From Candidatus Methylomirabilia bacterium (GTDB taxonomy: Bacteria; Methylomirabilota; Methylomirabilia; Rokubacteriales; CSP1-6): 52,848 nt of DNA. The notes under the pieces are model-generated. The model was not told the origin of the DNA. It did not search any database and was given only the letters and a program-made list of their open reading frames with translations. Every line of letters starts with the position of its first letter. The first letter of the stretch is position 1. Below, piece after piece: positions 33,246 to 46,712 of the stretch. Both the position numbers and the translations under genes were made by a program. Where the stretch lies: contig JBGQEL010000022.1 of the NCBI GenBank assembly GCA_041496385.1, forward strand, positions 1 through 52,848, given 5' to 3'.

Positions 33246-33306
33246 CGGCGCGCCCGTGGATTCCGTGGCGCGCCCGTGCCGTTTCCGCTAGACTCTGGAC
33301 GGTTCA

Positions 33307-33924
33307 ATGTTCAACCTGATCCCGAAAGAAGTCCGGTTCTTCGACTACTTCGAGCAGCAGTCCCAGCAGATCACGAAGGCCGGCACGCTGCTCGCCGAGC
33401 TCGTCCACAACTTCGGCGACGCCCGCGCCAAGGCCTTTGCCATCAAGGAAGTCGAGCACGCCGGCGACCAGATCACCCACGAGATCGTCAAGCGCCTGAA
33501 CACCACCTTCATCACGCCGCTCGATCGCGAGGACATCCACGACCTCGCCACGCGGCTCGACGACGTCCTCGACTTCATCGAGGCCGTGGCGGAGCGCCTG
33601 GTGATTTATCGCATCAAGGAGCCGACCTCCGCGTGCCGCGCGCTGGCCGACCTGATCGTCACCCAGATCGCGGCGATGGACCTGTGCATCCGCTGCCTGC
33701 GCACGATGGACCCGGGCGTCCACGAGCACGCCGTCGAGGTGAACCGCCTCGAGAACCGCGCCGACTCGCTCCTGCGCGAGACGCTCGCGGCCATGTTCGA
33801 GGAGCAGCCGGATCCGATCGAGGTGATCAAGTGGAAGGAGATCTACGAGACGCTCGAGGCGGTCACCGACCGCTGCGAGGACGTGGCCAACGTGATCGAG
33901 GGGATCATCCTCAAGATGGCCTGA
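33307..33924 (+). CDS. DUF47 / PhoU-like phosphate transport regulator
   Basis: EHAGDQITH, TFITPLDREDIH, ENRAD, VIKWKEIYE, DRCEDVA. Confidence 0.92.
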   Translation: MFNLIPKEVRFFDYFEQQSQQITKAGTLLAELVHNFGDARAKAFAIKEVEHAGDQITHEIVKRLNTTFITPLDREDIHDLATRLDDVLDFIEAVAERLVIYRIKEPTSACRALADLIVTQIAAMDLCIRCLRTMDPGVHEHAVEVNRLENRADSLLRETLAAMFEEQPDPIEVIKWKEIYETLEAVTDRCEDVANVIEGIILKMA

Positions 33925-33937
33925 GGGCCGCCCGCCC

Positions 33938-34936
33938 GTGCTGACCGCCGTCGTCTTCATCATCTTCGTCGCGCTCGTCTTCGACTTCATCAACGGCTTC
34001 CACGACGCCGCTAACTCGATCGCCACGGTCGTCTCCACGCGCGTGCTGACGCCGCTCCAGGCCGTCGTCTGGGCGGCGTTCTTCAACTTCGTCGCGGCGT
34101 TCGTCTTCGGCGTCCACGTGGCGACGACGGTCGGCAAGGGTGTCGTCGAGACGAGTGTGGTCGACCAGTGGGTGATCCTCGCGGGGCTCGTCGGCGCGAT
34201 CGTCTGGGACCTCATGACCTGGCACTGGGGCCTGCCGACCAGCTCCTCGCACGCGCTCATCGGCGGCTTCGCCGGCGCCGCCGTGGCCAAGGCGGGCCTC
34301 GGCTCGCTCGTCGTGAGCGGGCTCGTGAAGATCGGCGTCTTCATGGTGCTGGCACCCCTGATCGGCCTCGTCGTCGGCTTCGGCATGATGCTGCTCACCC
34401 TGAGCGTGTTCCGGCGTGAGACGCCGGGACGGGTCGACCGATTCTTCCGGAAGGGCCAGCTCGTCTCGGCCGCGGCCTACAGCCTCGGCCACGGTACCAA
34501 CGACGCCCAGAAGACGATGGGCATCGTCGCGGTGCTGCTCTTCTCGACGGGCCACCTCGGGCCGGAGTTCTACGTGCCGTTCTGGGTCATCCTGGCGGCC
34601 GGGGCGGCGCTCGGGCTCGGCACGATGGCTGGAGGCTGGCGTATCGTGAAGACCATGGGCATGCGCATCACCAAGCTCCGCCCGATCGGCGGCTTCTGCG
34701 CCGAGACCGCCGGCGCCGTCACGCTCCTCGGCACCGCGATCGCCGGGATCCCGGTGAGCACGACGCACACGATCAGCGGCTCGATCATGGGCGTGGGCGC
34801 GATGCAGCGCTTATCGGCCGTCCGCTGGGGCGTCGCCGGGCGGATCGTCTGGGCGTGGATCTTCACCATCCCGGCCTCCGCCGCGGTCGCCGCGGCGACC
34901 TGGCTGGTCATCCGCCTGCTCGTCGCCGCAGGCTAG
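33938..34936 (+). CDS. pit: PiT-family inorganic phosphate transporter
   Basis: NGFHDAANSIAT, GLPTSSSHAL, HGTNDAQKTMG, PVSTTH. Confidence 0.95.
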   Translation: MLTAVVFIIFVALVFDFINGFHDAANSIATVVSTRVLTPLQAVVWAAFFNFVAAFVFGVHVATTVGKGVVETSVVDQWVILAGLVGAIVWDLMTWHWGLPTSSSHALIGGFAGAAVAKAGLGSLVVSGLVKIGVFMVLAPLIGLVVGFGMMLLTLSVFRRETPGRVDRFFRKGQLVSAAAYSLGHGTNDAQKTMGIVAVLLFSTGHLGPEFYVPFWVILAAGAALGLGTMAGGWRIVKTMGMRITKLRPIGGFCAETAGAVTLLGTAIAGIPVSTTHTISGSIMGVGAMQRLSAVRWGVAGRIVWAWIFTIPASAAVAAATWLVIRLLVAAG

Positions 34937-34941
34937 ACGCC

Positions 34942-35628
34942 ATGGCGCAGGACGTCCTCGTGGTCGAGGACGAGCAGGACATCCGGGACCTGGTCGTCCA
35001 CCACCTCGAGCGCGAGGGGTTTCGCTGCCGGACCGCGGCGACCGGGACCGCGGCGCTCCGCGAGGTCCGCGCCCGGACACCCGACCTGCTGGTGCTCGAC
35101 CTCATGCTGCCCGAGCTCGGCGGGCTCGAGGTGTGCCGGCGCCTCCGGGCCGACCCCGCGACGGCGGCGGTGCCGATCATCATGCTGACGGCGAAGGCCG
35201 ACGAGGTGGACCGCGTCGTCGGGCTCGAGATGGGGGCCGACGACTACGTGGCCAAGCCCTTCTCGCCGAAGGAGCTGGTCGCACGGGTGCGGGCGGTGCT
35301 GCGTCGCGCGCGCCCCGTCGCCGCGGCGCGCCCGCTCTCGGTCGGGCCCGTCACGCTCGATCCCGAGCGGCACCGCGCGACGGCCGGCGGGCGTCCCCTC
35401 GAGCTGACGCCGAAGGAGTTCGATCTCCTCCAGGCGCTGCTCGAGGCGGCGGGGCGCGTGCTCTCGCGCGAGCTGCTCCTCAATCGCGTCTGGGGCTACG
35501 CGCGCGCCGACGAGATCGAATCGCGCACGGTGGACGTCCACGTGCGGCGGCTTCGGGCCAAGCTCGGCGAGGCCGGCGCGCGCATCGCCACGGTCAAGTC
35601 CGTCGGCTACCGCTTCGAGGCCGACTGA
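34942..35628 (+). CDS. phoB: OmpR/PhoB-family response regulator
   Basis: VEDE, LDLMLP, GADDYVAKPFSP, winged helix SRTVDVHVRRLR; located between pit and phoR. Confidence 0.8.
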   Translation: MAQDVLVVEDEQDIRDLVVHHLEREGFRCRTAATGTAALREVRARTPDLLVLDLMLPELGGLEVCRRLRADPATAAVPIIMLTAKADEVDRVVGLEMGADDYVAKPFSPKELVARVRAVLRRARPVAAARPLSVGPVTLDPERHRATAGGRPLELTPKEFDLLQALLEAAGRVLSRELLLNRVWGYARADEIESRTVDVHVRRLRAKLGEAGARIATVKSVGYRFEAD

Positions 35629-37475
35629 TGCTCGGGCGCCTGGTCCATGTCGTCCGGGCGAGCATCGCGCGCAAGCTCACCCTCACCCTCGTCGGCTTCG
35701 TCGCGGTCACGACGCTGGCCGCGGGCCTCTACCTCAACCGCGCCCTCGAGTCGTTCGCCGTCGAATCGCTCGAGGCGCGGCTGGCCGGCGCGGGCGAGCT
35801 CCTCGCCGACGAGGCGCGGGGCCTGGTGACGCGCGGCGGCTCACCCGCGGAGCTGCACGCCTTCGCGCTCCGCGTGGGGCGGGCGCTGGGCGCACGGATC
35901 ACGCTCGTCGCCACCAACGGACGGGTCCTCGGCGACTCGGACGTGGCGCCCGAGGAGCTCCCGAGGGTCGAGAACCACGCGACGCGGCCGGAGGTACGGG
36001 CCGCGCTCGCCGGCGGCATCGGGCGCGACCTCAGGACGAGCGCGACGATCAGGACGCAGCTCCTCTACGTCGCGCTCCCCCTCGCGGACGGCGGCCGCGT
36101 CGTCGGCGTCCTGCGCCTGGCCCTGCCGCTCTCCGCCGTGACCTCGTCGTACGCGACGCTCCACCGCGTGATGCTCGCCGGCGGCCTGGTCGCCCTCGCG
36201 GTCGCCTTCGGGATCGGGCTCTTCGTCGCGCGCCGGGTGACGCGGCCCGTCGTCGAGATGCAGGAGATCGCGCGCCGGATGAGCGCGGGCGACTTCGACG
36301 CGCGGGCGCCGGTGCGCTCGCCCGACGAGATCGGCGCGCTCGGCCGCGCGCTCAACGGCATGGCGGCGCGCCTGCGCGAGAAGCTCGAGGACCTCGAGCA
36401 CGAACAGGTCAAGGCGACGGCGATCCTGGACGGGATGGTCGAGGGCGTCATCGCCGTCGACGGGCGCGACGCCATCTTGCTGATGAACGAGCGCTGCCGG
36501 GGCATCTTCGGCCTCGGGCGGAGCGGGGGCGAGGGGAAACCGTTCCTCGAGGTCATCCGTAACGGCGACCTGCACGCCATCTTTCGCGACGTCCGCGCTG
36601 CGGCGGAAGGCAGCGTCTCCCACCACGAGCTCCGCCTCTCGGCGCCCGCCGACCGCCGGCTCGTCGTGAACGCGGTGCCGCTCGCCCTGGGCGGCGGCGA
36701 GCGGGGAGTCGTGATGGTCCTGCACGACGTCACCGAGCTTCGCCGGCTCGAGCAGGTGCGCACCGAGTTCGTGGCCAACGTGTCACACGAGCTCCGGACG
36801 CCGCTGACCGCCATCCAGGGCTACCTCGAGACGCTTCTGTCGGGCGCGCTCGAGGAGCGCGCGCACGCGCGGCGCTTCCTCGAGATCGTCTTCCGCCACA
36901 CCGAGCGGCTCGGGCGGCTGCTCAACGACCTGACCGATCTCTCGAACATCGAGCTGGGCCGCGTCGCGCTCCGGTTCGAGCCGACACGGCTCGACGAGGT
37001 CGTGGACTCGGTCCTGGCGATCATCGGTCCGCGGGCCGCGAGCGCCGGGGTGACGCTCGCAGCCGAGGCCCCGGGCGGGCTGCCGCCCGTGAGCGCCGAC
37101 CGCGACCGGCTCGCCCAGATCCTCATCAATCTCGTCGACAACGCCGTGAAGTACACGCCCGCGGGCGGTCGCGTCACCGTGCGCGCGCGCGAGGGCGAGC
37201 CCGGGCGCGTCGAGGTGTCCGTCATGGACACGGGCGTCGGGATTCCGGCCGCCGACCTGCCGCGGATCACCGAGCGCTTCTATCGCGTGGACAAGGCGCG
37301 CTCCCGCGAGCTCGGCGGGACCGGGCTCGGCCTGGCGATCGTCAAGCACCTGGTCCTGGCCCACGGTGGCGAGCTCGCGATCGAAAGCGTGGAGGGCCGG
37401 GGAACGACCGTGCGGTTCACGCTGCCGGTGGCCGGCTCGGCCCGCCCCACTGAGGCGGACGCGCCACACCACTGA
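35628..37475 (+). CDS. phoR: PhoR-like sensor kinase (HAMP, PAS)
   Basis: EFVANVSHELRTPLT, ERFYRVDKARSR, GGTGLGLAIVKH. Confidence 0.85.
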   Translation: MLGRLVHVVRASIARKLTLTLVGFVAVTTLAAGLYLNRALESFAVESLEARLAGAGELLADEARGLVTRGGSPAELHAFALRVGRALGARITLVATNGRVLGDSDVAPEELPRVENHATRPEVRAALAGGIGRDLRTSATIRTQLLYVALPLADGGRVVGVLRLALPLSAVTSSYATLHRVMLAGGLVALAVAFGIGLFVARRVTRPVVEMQEIARRMSAGDFDARAPVRSPDEIGALGRALNGMAARLREKLEDLEHEQVKATAILDGMVEGVIAVDGRDAILLMNERCRGIFGLGRSGGEGKPFLEVIRNGDLHAIFRDVRAAAEGSVSHHELRLSAPADRRLVVNAVPLALGGGERGVVMVLHDVTELRRLEQVRTEFVANVSHELRTPLTAIQGYLETLLSGALEERAHARRFLEIVFRHTERLGRLLNDLTDLSNIELGRVALRFEPTRLDEVVDSVLAIIGPRAASAGVTLAAEAPGGLPPVSADRDRLAQILINLVDNAVKYTPAGGRVTVRAREGEPGRVEVSVMDTGVGIPAADLPRITERFYRVDKARSRELGGTGLGLAIVKHLVLAHGGELAIESVEGRGTTVRFTLPVAGSARPTEADAPHH

Positions 37476-37579
37476 GGCACGGCACCGTCCTCATCGAGAC
37501 CCGGTGAGGGCGTCGTAAGCGCCCGCCGTGGCGGCCCGATCGCTGCTCGAGGCGAACCATCGCGCACCCCCGACGCGCG

Positions 37580-37595
37580 TGGTACACCGCTTGCT
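37580..37595 (+). promoter_or_regulatory. Sigma54 promoter of the PFOR operon
   Basis: TGGTAC-ACCGC-TTGCT, 30 bp upstream of the start codon. Confidence 0.75.
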
Positions 37596-37624
37596 CTCAG
37601 CCGCATCCCGGGAGACGCGACACC

Positions 37625-41198
<3,574 letters not shown>

Positions 41199-41206
<8 letters not shown>

Positions 41207-42203
41207 GCTCACCACGCGCTACCTCGGTCTCGCCCTGCGGAACCCGCTCGTCGCGTCGGCGTCGCCGCTCTGCGAGTCGATCGACAACATCCGGCGGATG
41301 GAGGACGCGGGGGCCGCGGCCGTGGTGCTCCACTCGCTCTTCGAGGAGCAGATCGCGCTCGAGAGCCATCACCTCGACCGCTACCTGTCGCACGGGACGG
41401 AGAGCTACGCCGAGGCGCTCACGTACTTCCCGGACGTGCAGTCCTACCGGATCGGGCCCGAGGCGTACCTCGAGCACGTCCGGCGCGCCAAGGCGGCGGT
41501 GGACATTCCGGTGATCGGCAGCCTCAACGGGGTGTCGACCGGCGGCTGGATCACGTACGCGCGGAAGATCGAGCAGGCGGGGGCCGACGCGATCGAGCTG
41601 AACGTCTACTACGTCCCGACGGATCCGGAGATGACCGGTGCCGAGGTGGAGCAGATGTACGCGGACCTCGTCCGCGACGTCAAGCGCAGCGTCACGATCC
41701 CCGTGGCCGTCAAGCTCGGCCACTCGTTCAGCGCCCTCGCGAACGTGGCGCGCCGGCTGGACGAGGCGGGCGCCGACGCGCTCGTCCTCTTCAACCGGTT
41801 CTATCTCCCCGACTTCGATCTCGAAAACCTGGATGTGGTGGCGCACCTCACGCTGTCGAATTCGTACGAGCTGCTCGTCCGGCTGCACTGGGCGGCGATT
41901 CTCTACGGCCACGTGCGGCCGGACCTCGCGGTGACCGGCGGCGTGCACACCGCCCAGGACGTGCTGAAGGCGATGATGGCCGGCGCGCGCGTTGCGATGA
42001 TGACCTCCGCGCTCCTGCGTCACGGGATCGGGCACATGGCGGCGGTGCGCGCCGAGCTTCTCCAGTGGATGGAGGCCCACGAGTACGAGTCGATCGCGCA
42101 GATGCAGGGAAGCATGAGCTACCGCTCGGTACGCGAGCCCGCGGCCTTCGAGCGGGCGAACTACATGAAAGTACTCAGCTCATTCTCGCTTCGGACACCG
42201 TGA
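41199..42203 (+). CDS. Dihydroorotate dehydrogenase-like flavoprotein (nifJ-associated type)
   Basis: [46 protein letters not shown]. Confidence 0.88.
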
Positions 42204-42220
42204 CGATGGAGGGATCGACG

Positions 42221-43438
42221 ATGAAGACACGCACGTTCTGGCGGCGCGCATCGACCGCCGCCCTCGCGGCGGTCATCCTCGGGGCGGGCGCGGCCCTGGC
42301 GGCCGACGAGATCGTGCTCGGCTCCGCCATCTCCCAGACGGGCAAGTACGCCCGCGAGGGGAAGTTCTACGTGGACGCCTACCAGCTCACCGTGGACGCC
42401 GTCAACAAGGCGGGGGGCGTCAGGGTCGGCGGCAAGCCGTACAAGCTCATCCTCAGGCTCTACGACGACCAGAGCGATCCCAACCTCGCGGTCCGCCTGT
42501 TCACGAAGCTCGTCACCTCGGACAAGGTGAATGTCCTGCTGGGGCCGTACTCGAGCGGGATCACCATCCCGGCGAGCGCGGTGTCCGAGAAGTACGAGAT
42601 CCCGATGGTCCAGGGCGGCGGCGCGTCGGGCAAGATCTTCGACCGCGGCTACAAGTACATCTTCGGCACACTGCCGAAGGCCGAGTTCTACTTTCAGGCG
42701 GCGATCGAGGCGGCCGCGAAGCTCACGCCGCGCGTACAGACCGCCGCGCTCCTCTACTCCAACGAGGCCTTCGACCGGAGCGTGGCCGAGGGCTCCCGCC
42801 AGTGGCTCAAGGAGCAACGGATCGACAAGGTCTACGACGAGGAGTATCAGCCGGCGACCCAGGACTTCACCTCGGTCCTGGCGGTCCTCAAGAGCAAGAA
42901 GCCGGACCTCGTCCTGCTCGCGGGGCACGAGGAGAACTCGCTCAACTTCATCCGCCAGGCGCAGGCGGCGGACATGAGCGCCAAGATGATGGTCTTCACC
43001 GTCGGGCCGCCTACCGCCGACTTCCGGAAGACGCTCGGGAAGGCGGCCGAGTACATCTACGGCATCACGCCGTGGCTGCCCGACATGGACGTCGGCGGCG
43101 AGATCTTCAAGTCGGCGCGTGAGTTCGCCAAGCAGTTCGAGGAGCGCTTCGGCTACCAGGCCGACTACCATGTGGCCTCCGGCGCCGCCGACGTGCTCGC
43201 CTACAAGTTCGCGATCGAGAAGGCCGGGTCGCTCGATCCCAAGAAGGTCCGCGACGCGCTCGCGGCGCTCGACGTCGAGACCTTCTACGGCCGCGTGAAG
43301 TTCGAGGCGACGGGCCAGATCGCGATGGGCCAGGTCCTCGTCCAGATCCAGGGCGGCAAGCTGGTGCCTGTCTACGCCTTCGGGAAGACGCTCGGCAAGG
43401 CTGTCTACCCCGCTCCCACATGGAGCCAGCGGAAGTAG
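42221..43438 (+). CDS. LIV-type (HAAT) ABC transporter substrate-binding protein
   Basis: Signal peptide; LGSAISQTG, YDDQSD, LLGPYSS. Confidence 0.9.
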   Translation: MKTRTFWRRASTAALAAVILGAGAALAADEIVLGSAISQTGKYAREGKFYVDAYQLTVDAVNKAGGVRVGGKPYKLILRLYDDQSDPNLAVRLFTKLVTSDKVNVLLGPYSSGITIPASAVSEKYEIPMVQGGGASGKIFDRGYKYIFGTLPKAEFYFQAAIEAAAKLTPRVQTAALLYSNEAFDRSVAEGSRQWLKEQRIDKVYDEEYQPATQDFTSVLAVLKSKKPDLVLLAGHEENSLNFIRQAQAADMSAKMMVFTVGPPTADFRKTLGKAAEYIYGITPWLPDMDVGGEIFKSAREFAKQFEERFGYQADYHVASGAADVLAYKFAIEKAGSLDPKKVRDALAALDVETFYGRVKFEATGQIAMGQVLVQIQGGKLVPVYAFGKTLGKAVYPAPTWSQRK

Positions 43439-43447
43439 GGGCGCACG

Positions 43448-44314
43448 ATGCTTCTCCTCCAGGTGCTGATCAACGGGATTCTCCTGGGCGGTCTCTACGG
43501 GATCATGGCGCTCGGCATGTCGCTCATCTGGGGCGTCATGAACATCGTCAATATCGCCCACGGCGCGTTGATCATGCTGGGCGCGTATCTGACGTACTGG
43601 CTGTTCACGCTCTGGGGGTGGGACCCGTTCCTCTCGCTCCCCCTGACGATCGCGCTGCTCTTCGTGTACGGGTACTGCATCCAGCGGTTCCTCCTGAACC
43701 TGATCGTCCGTGCCCAGCTCTTCCTGACGCTCCTCATCACCTTCGGGGTCGAGGTCGTGATGGTGAACCTGGCGCGCATCGCCTGGTCCTCCGACCTCCG
43801 GCAGGTCACGCCCGCGTACGCGGGCGCGAACTTCGCGGTCGCCGGCCTGACGGTCCCGTACGTGCGCCTCTGGGTCTTCGTCACGACCGTGATCCTGTCG
43901 GTCGTGTTCCTCCTCGTCCTGGAGAAGACGCGCCTCGGCCGGGCGATCCGCGCGACCTCCGAGGAGCTCCGCGCGGCGCGCCTCACCGGCATCCCCGTGG
44001 CGCACATCTACGCGGTCACGTTCGGGCTCGGCGCGGCGCTCGCGGGCGCCGCGGGCGGGCTCTGGGGCATGCTCTTTCCGATCACGCCGATCATGGGCGG
44101 CGGGCTCACGCTCAAGTCGTTCGTCGTCGCCGTCCTCGGCGGGCTCGGCACCATGATGGGCGCGATCGTCGGAGGGCTCGTCCTCGGGCTCGCCGAATCG
44201 TTCACGGCGACGTACCTCGGACCGACCTACCCGAACGCGATCAGCTTCGGCCTGCTCGTGCTGATCCTGATCTTCCGGCCGACGGGTATTCTCGGACGCC
44301 GGGGCGCGGCATGA
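43448..44314 (+). CDS. LIV-type ABC permease (LivH-like)
   Basis: NGILLGGLYGIMALG, NIAHG, KSFVVAVLGGLG. Confidence 0.9.
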   Translation: MLLLQVLINGILLGGLYGIMALGMSLIWGVMNIVNIAHGALIMLGAYLTYWLFTLWGWDPFLSLPLTIALLFVYGYCIQRFLLNLIVRAQLFLTLLITFGVEVVMVNLARIAWSSDLRQVTPAYAGANFAVAGLTVPYVRLWVFVTTVILSVVFLLVLEKTRLGRAIRATSEELRAARLTGIPVAHIYAVTFGLGAALAGAAGGLWGMLFPITPIMGGGLTLKSFVVAVLGGLGTMMGAIVGGLVLGLAESFTATYLGPTYPNAISFGLLVLILIFRPTGILGRRGAA

Positions 44315-45264
44315 ACGGCGCGCGCTGGCTCCCGATCGCCGCCTGCCTCCTGGCCCTCGCGGTGCTGGCGATGGCGCCCGCCGTCGTCTCGCCGTTCATG
44401 ACCCAGTTCCTCATCAACCTCTTCATGCTGGCGGTCCTCGCCGAGAGCTGGAACATCGTCGGAGGGTTCACCGGCTACGCCTCGTTCGGCAACGTCGCGT
44501 TCTTCGGCGTCGGCGCCTACACGACCGGCATCCTGCTCACGAAGTCCGGCTGGCCGCTCGCGCTGGCGCTGCCGGCGGCGGGGGCGCTCGCCATGCTCTT
44601 CGCGGCGCTCGTGGGCATGCCGATCCTGAGGCTCAAGGGACACTATTTCGCCATCGCGACGCTCGGCGTGGCCGAGACCATGCGCGAGGTCGTCTACAAC
44701 CTCGAGATCACGGGGGCCGGCACCGGCCTCGTCATGCCGATCGCGCGGACGCCGCTCCTCTTCTTCTACGTGATGCTCGCCATTCTCGTCGCGGCGACGC
44801 TGACGAACTGGTGGCTCTCGCGCTCGCGCTTCGGATACGGGCTCGTCGCGATCCGCGAGGACGAGGACGCGGCGGCGGCGATGGGCATCCACACGGCGCG
44901 CTACAAGACGCTCGCGTTCGCGCTCTCGGGCGCCTTCGCGGGCCTCGCGGGAGGCGTCTTCGCCTACTGGATCACCTTCATCGACCCCGACGGCGTCTTC
45001 AAGGTGACCATGACCATCCAGATGATCATCATGGCGGTCTTCGGGGGGGCGGGTACGATCTTCGGTCCACTGCTCGGCGCCCTCGTGCTCGCCTCGGTCT
45101 CCGAGCTGCTCTCGACGCAACTCGTGACGCTCGCCGAGGTCTTCAACGGCCTCGTCGTGATCCTCGTGGTCCTGTTCATGCCCAAGGGACTCTCCGACGT
45201 CATCCGGCGGCGGTCGTTCCGGCTGCGCGACGTCGCCCGGAACTTCCGCGAGTACCGGATCTGA
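44311..45264 (+). CDS. LIV-type ABC permease (LivM-like)
   Basis: SWNIVGGFTGYASFG, LRLKGHYFAIATL, AIREDEDAA. Confidence 0.9.
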   Translation: MNGARWLPIAACLLALAVLAMAPAVVSPFMTQFLINLFMLAVLAESWNIVGGFTGYASFGNVAFFGVGAYTTGILLTKSGWPLALALPAAGALAMLFAALVGMPILRLKGHYFAIATLGVAETMREVVYNLEITGAGTGLVMPIARTPLLFFYVMLAILVAATLTNWWLSRSRFGYGLVAIREDEDAAAAMGIHTARYKTLAFALSGAFAGLAGGVFAYWITFIDPDGVFKVTMTIQMIIMAVFGGAGTIFGPLLGALVLASVSELLSTQLVTLAEVFNGLVVILVVLFMPKGLSDVIRRRSFRLRDVARNFREYRI

Positions 45265-45266
45265 CC

Positions 45267-46013
45267 ATGCCGATCCTCGAAGCGCGGCTCGTGACGAAGA
45301 AGTTCGGCGGCCTCGCCGCCGTATCGGACATCAGCTTCGACCTCGGCGAGGGCGAGATCCTCGGTCTCATCGGCCCGAACGGGTCCGGCAAGACCACGCT
45401 CGTCAATGTGATCTGCGGCGCGCTGCCGCGGACCGCGGGCAACGTGCGCTTCAAGGGCGGCGAGCTCATGGGGCTGCCGACCCACGAGATCTCACGGCTC
45501 GGGGTGAGCCGCACGTTCCAGGTGGTCAAGCCGTTCCGGAACCTCACGGTGCTGGAGAACGTGATGGTCGGCGCGCTGTTCGGCAAGACGGGCGGCGCGC
45601 GTGACCTCGGCACGGCCAGGCGCGAGGCGGAGGCCGTCCTGGAGTTCGTGGCGCTCGCCCACCGGGCGCGGGCCCAGGCGGACGGGCTGAACGTGCCGGA
45701 GCGCAAGCGCATGGAGCTCGCCCGGGCGCTCGCGATGCGGCCGACCGTGCTCTTTCTCGACGAGGTCATGGCCGGCCTCAACTCGGCGGAGATCGATGCC
45801 GCGGTGGCGCTGATCAAGAAGATCCGCGGGCGGGGCGTGAGTCTCATCGTGATCGAGCACGTGATGAAGGCGATCCGGAGCCTCTCCGACCGGATCATGG
45901 TGCTGTTCCACGGCGAGAAGCTCACCGAGGGCCCGCCCGACGACGTGCTGAACAACCCCGAAGTCGTCGCGGCGTACCTCGGGCGCCGGTACGCGGAGCG
46001 CGCCCGTGCTTGA
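45267..46013 (+). CDS. LIV-type ABC ATPase (LivG-like)
   Basis: GPNGSGKT, RTFQVVKPF, LDEVMAGL, IEH. Confidence 0.92.
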   Translation: MPILEARLVTKKFGGLAAVSDISFDLGEGEILGLIGPNGSGKTTLVNVICGALPRTAGNVRFKGGELMGLPTHEISRLGVSRTFQVVKPFRNLTVLENVMVGALFGKTGGARDLGTARREAEAVLEFVALAHRARAQADGLNVPERKRMELARALAMRPTVLFLDEVMAGLNSAEIDAAVALIKKIRGRGVSLIVIEHVMKAIRSLSDRIMVLFHGEKLTEGPPDDVLNNPEVVAAYLGRRYAERARA

Positions 46014-46710
46014 GGTCAAGGGGTTGAGCGCCGGCTACGGCGACGTCCAGATCCTCCGCGAGGTGAGCCTCGCGGTGGACGACGGCGAGATCGTCACGCT
46101 CGTCGGCAGCAACGGAAGCGGCAAGTCCACGCTGCTCAACGCGATCTGCGGGATCATTCGGCCGACCGCCGGGCTGGTGAGGCTCGACTCCACCGACATC
46201 ACGGGCTGGAACTCGGAGGCGATCGTCGCGCGCGGGATCACGCAGGTCCCCGAAGGGCGCCGGCTCTTCCCGACGATGACCGTGCACGAGAACCTCCTGA
46301 TGGGCGCCTACCGGCGGCGCGACGGACAGGGGATCGAGCGCGACCTCGAGTGGATGTACGCGATGTTCCCGCGGCTCAAGGAACGGCAGAAGCAGCAGGC
46401 GGGGAGCATGTCGGGCGGGGAGCAGCAAATGTGCGCGATCGCGCGCGGCCTCATGGCCAAGCCGCGCATCCTGATTCTCGACGAGCTGTCGCTCGGCCTG
46501 GCGCCGATCATGCTCGACACCCTCGTGGACGCGATGCAGAAGATCCACCGGGAGGGCACGACGATCTTCCTCGTCGAGCAGGACGTCGCGACCGCCTTCG
46601 ACCTCGCGAAAACCGGCTACGTGCTCGAAAACGGCCGGGTCGTCCTCTCCGGACCGACGGCCGAGCTCAAGACCAACCCTCACGTCAAGCGCGCCTACCT
46701 GGGGCTCTAG
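46006..46710 (+). CDS. LIV-type ABC ATPase (LivF-like)
   Basis: [34 protein letters not shown]. Confidence 0.92.
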   Translation: MLEVKGLSAGYGDVQILREVSLAVDDGEIVTLVGSNGSGKSTLLNAICGIIRPTAGLVRLDSTDITGWNSEAIVARGITQVPEGRRLFPTMTVHENLLMGAYRRRDGQGIERDLEWMYAMFPRLKERQKQQAGSMSGGEQQMCAIARGLMAKPRILILDELSLGLAPIMLDTLVDAMQKIHREGTTIFLVEQDVATAFDLAKTGYVLENGRVVLSGPTAELKTNPHVKRAYLGL

Positions 46711-46712
46711 CC

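Noticed and set aside
33246..33278. Direct repeat GGCGCGCCCGTG x2 before DUF47
   Set aside because: Only two GC-rich copies, not Pho-like; chance or a small duplication cannot be excluded
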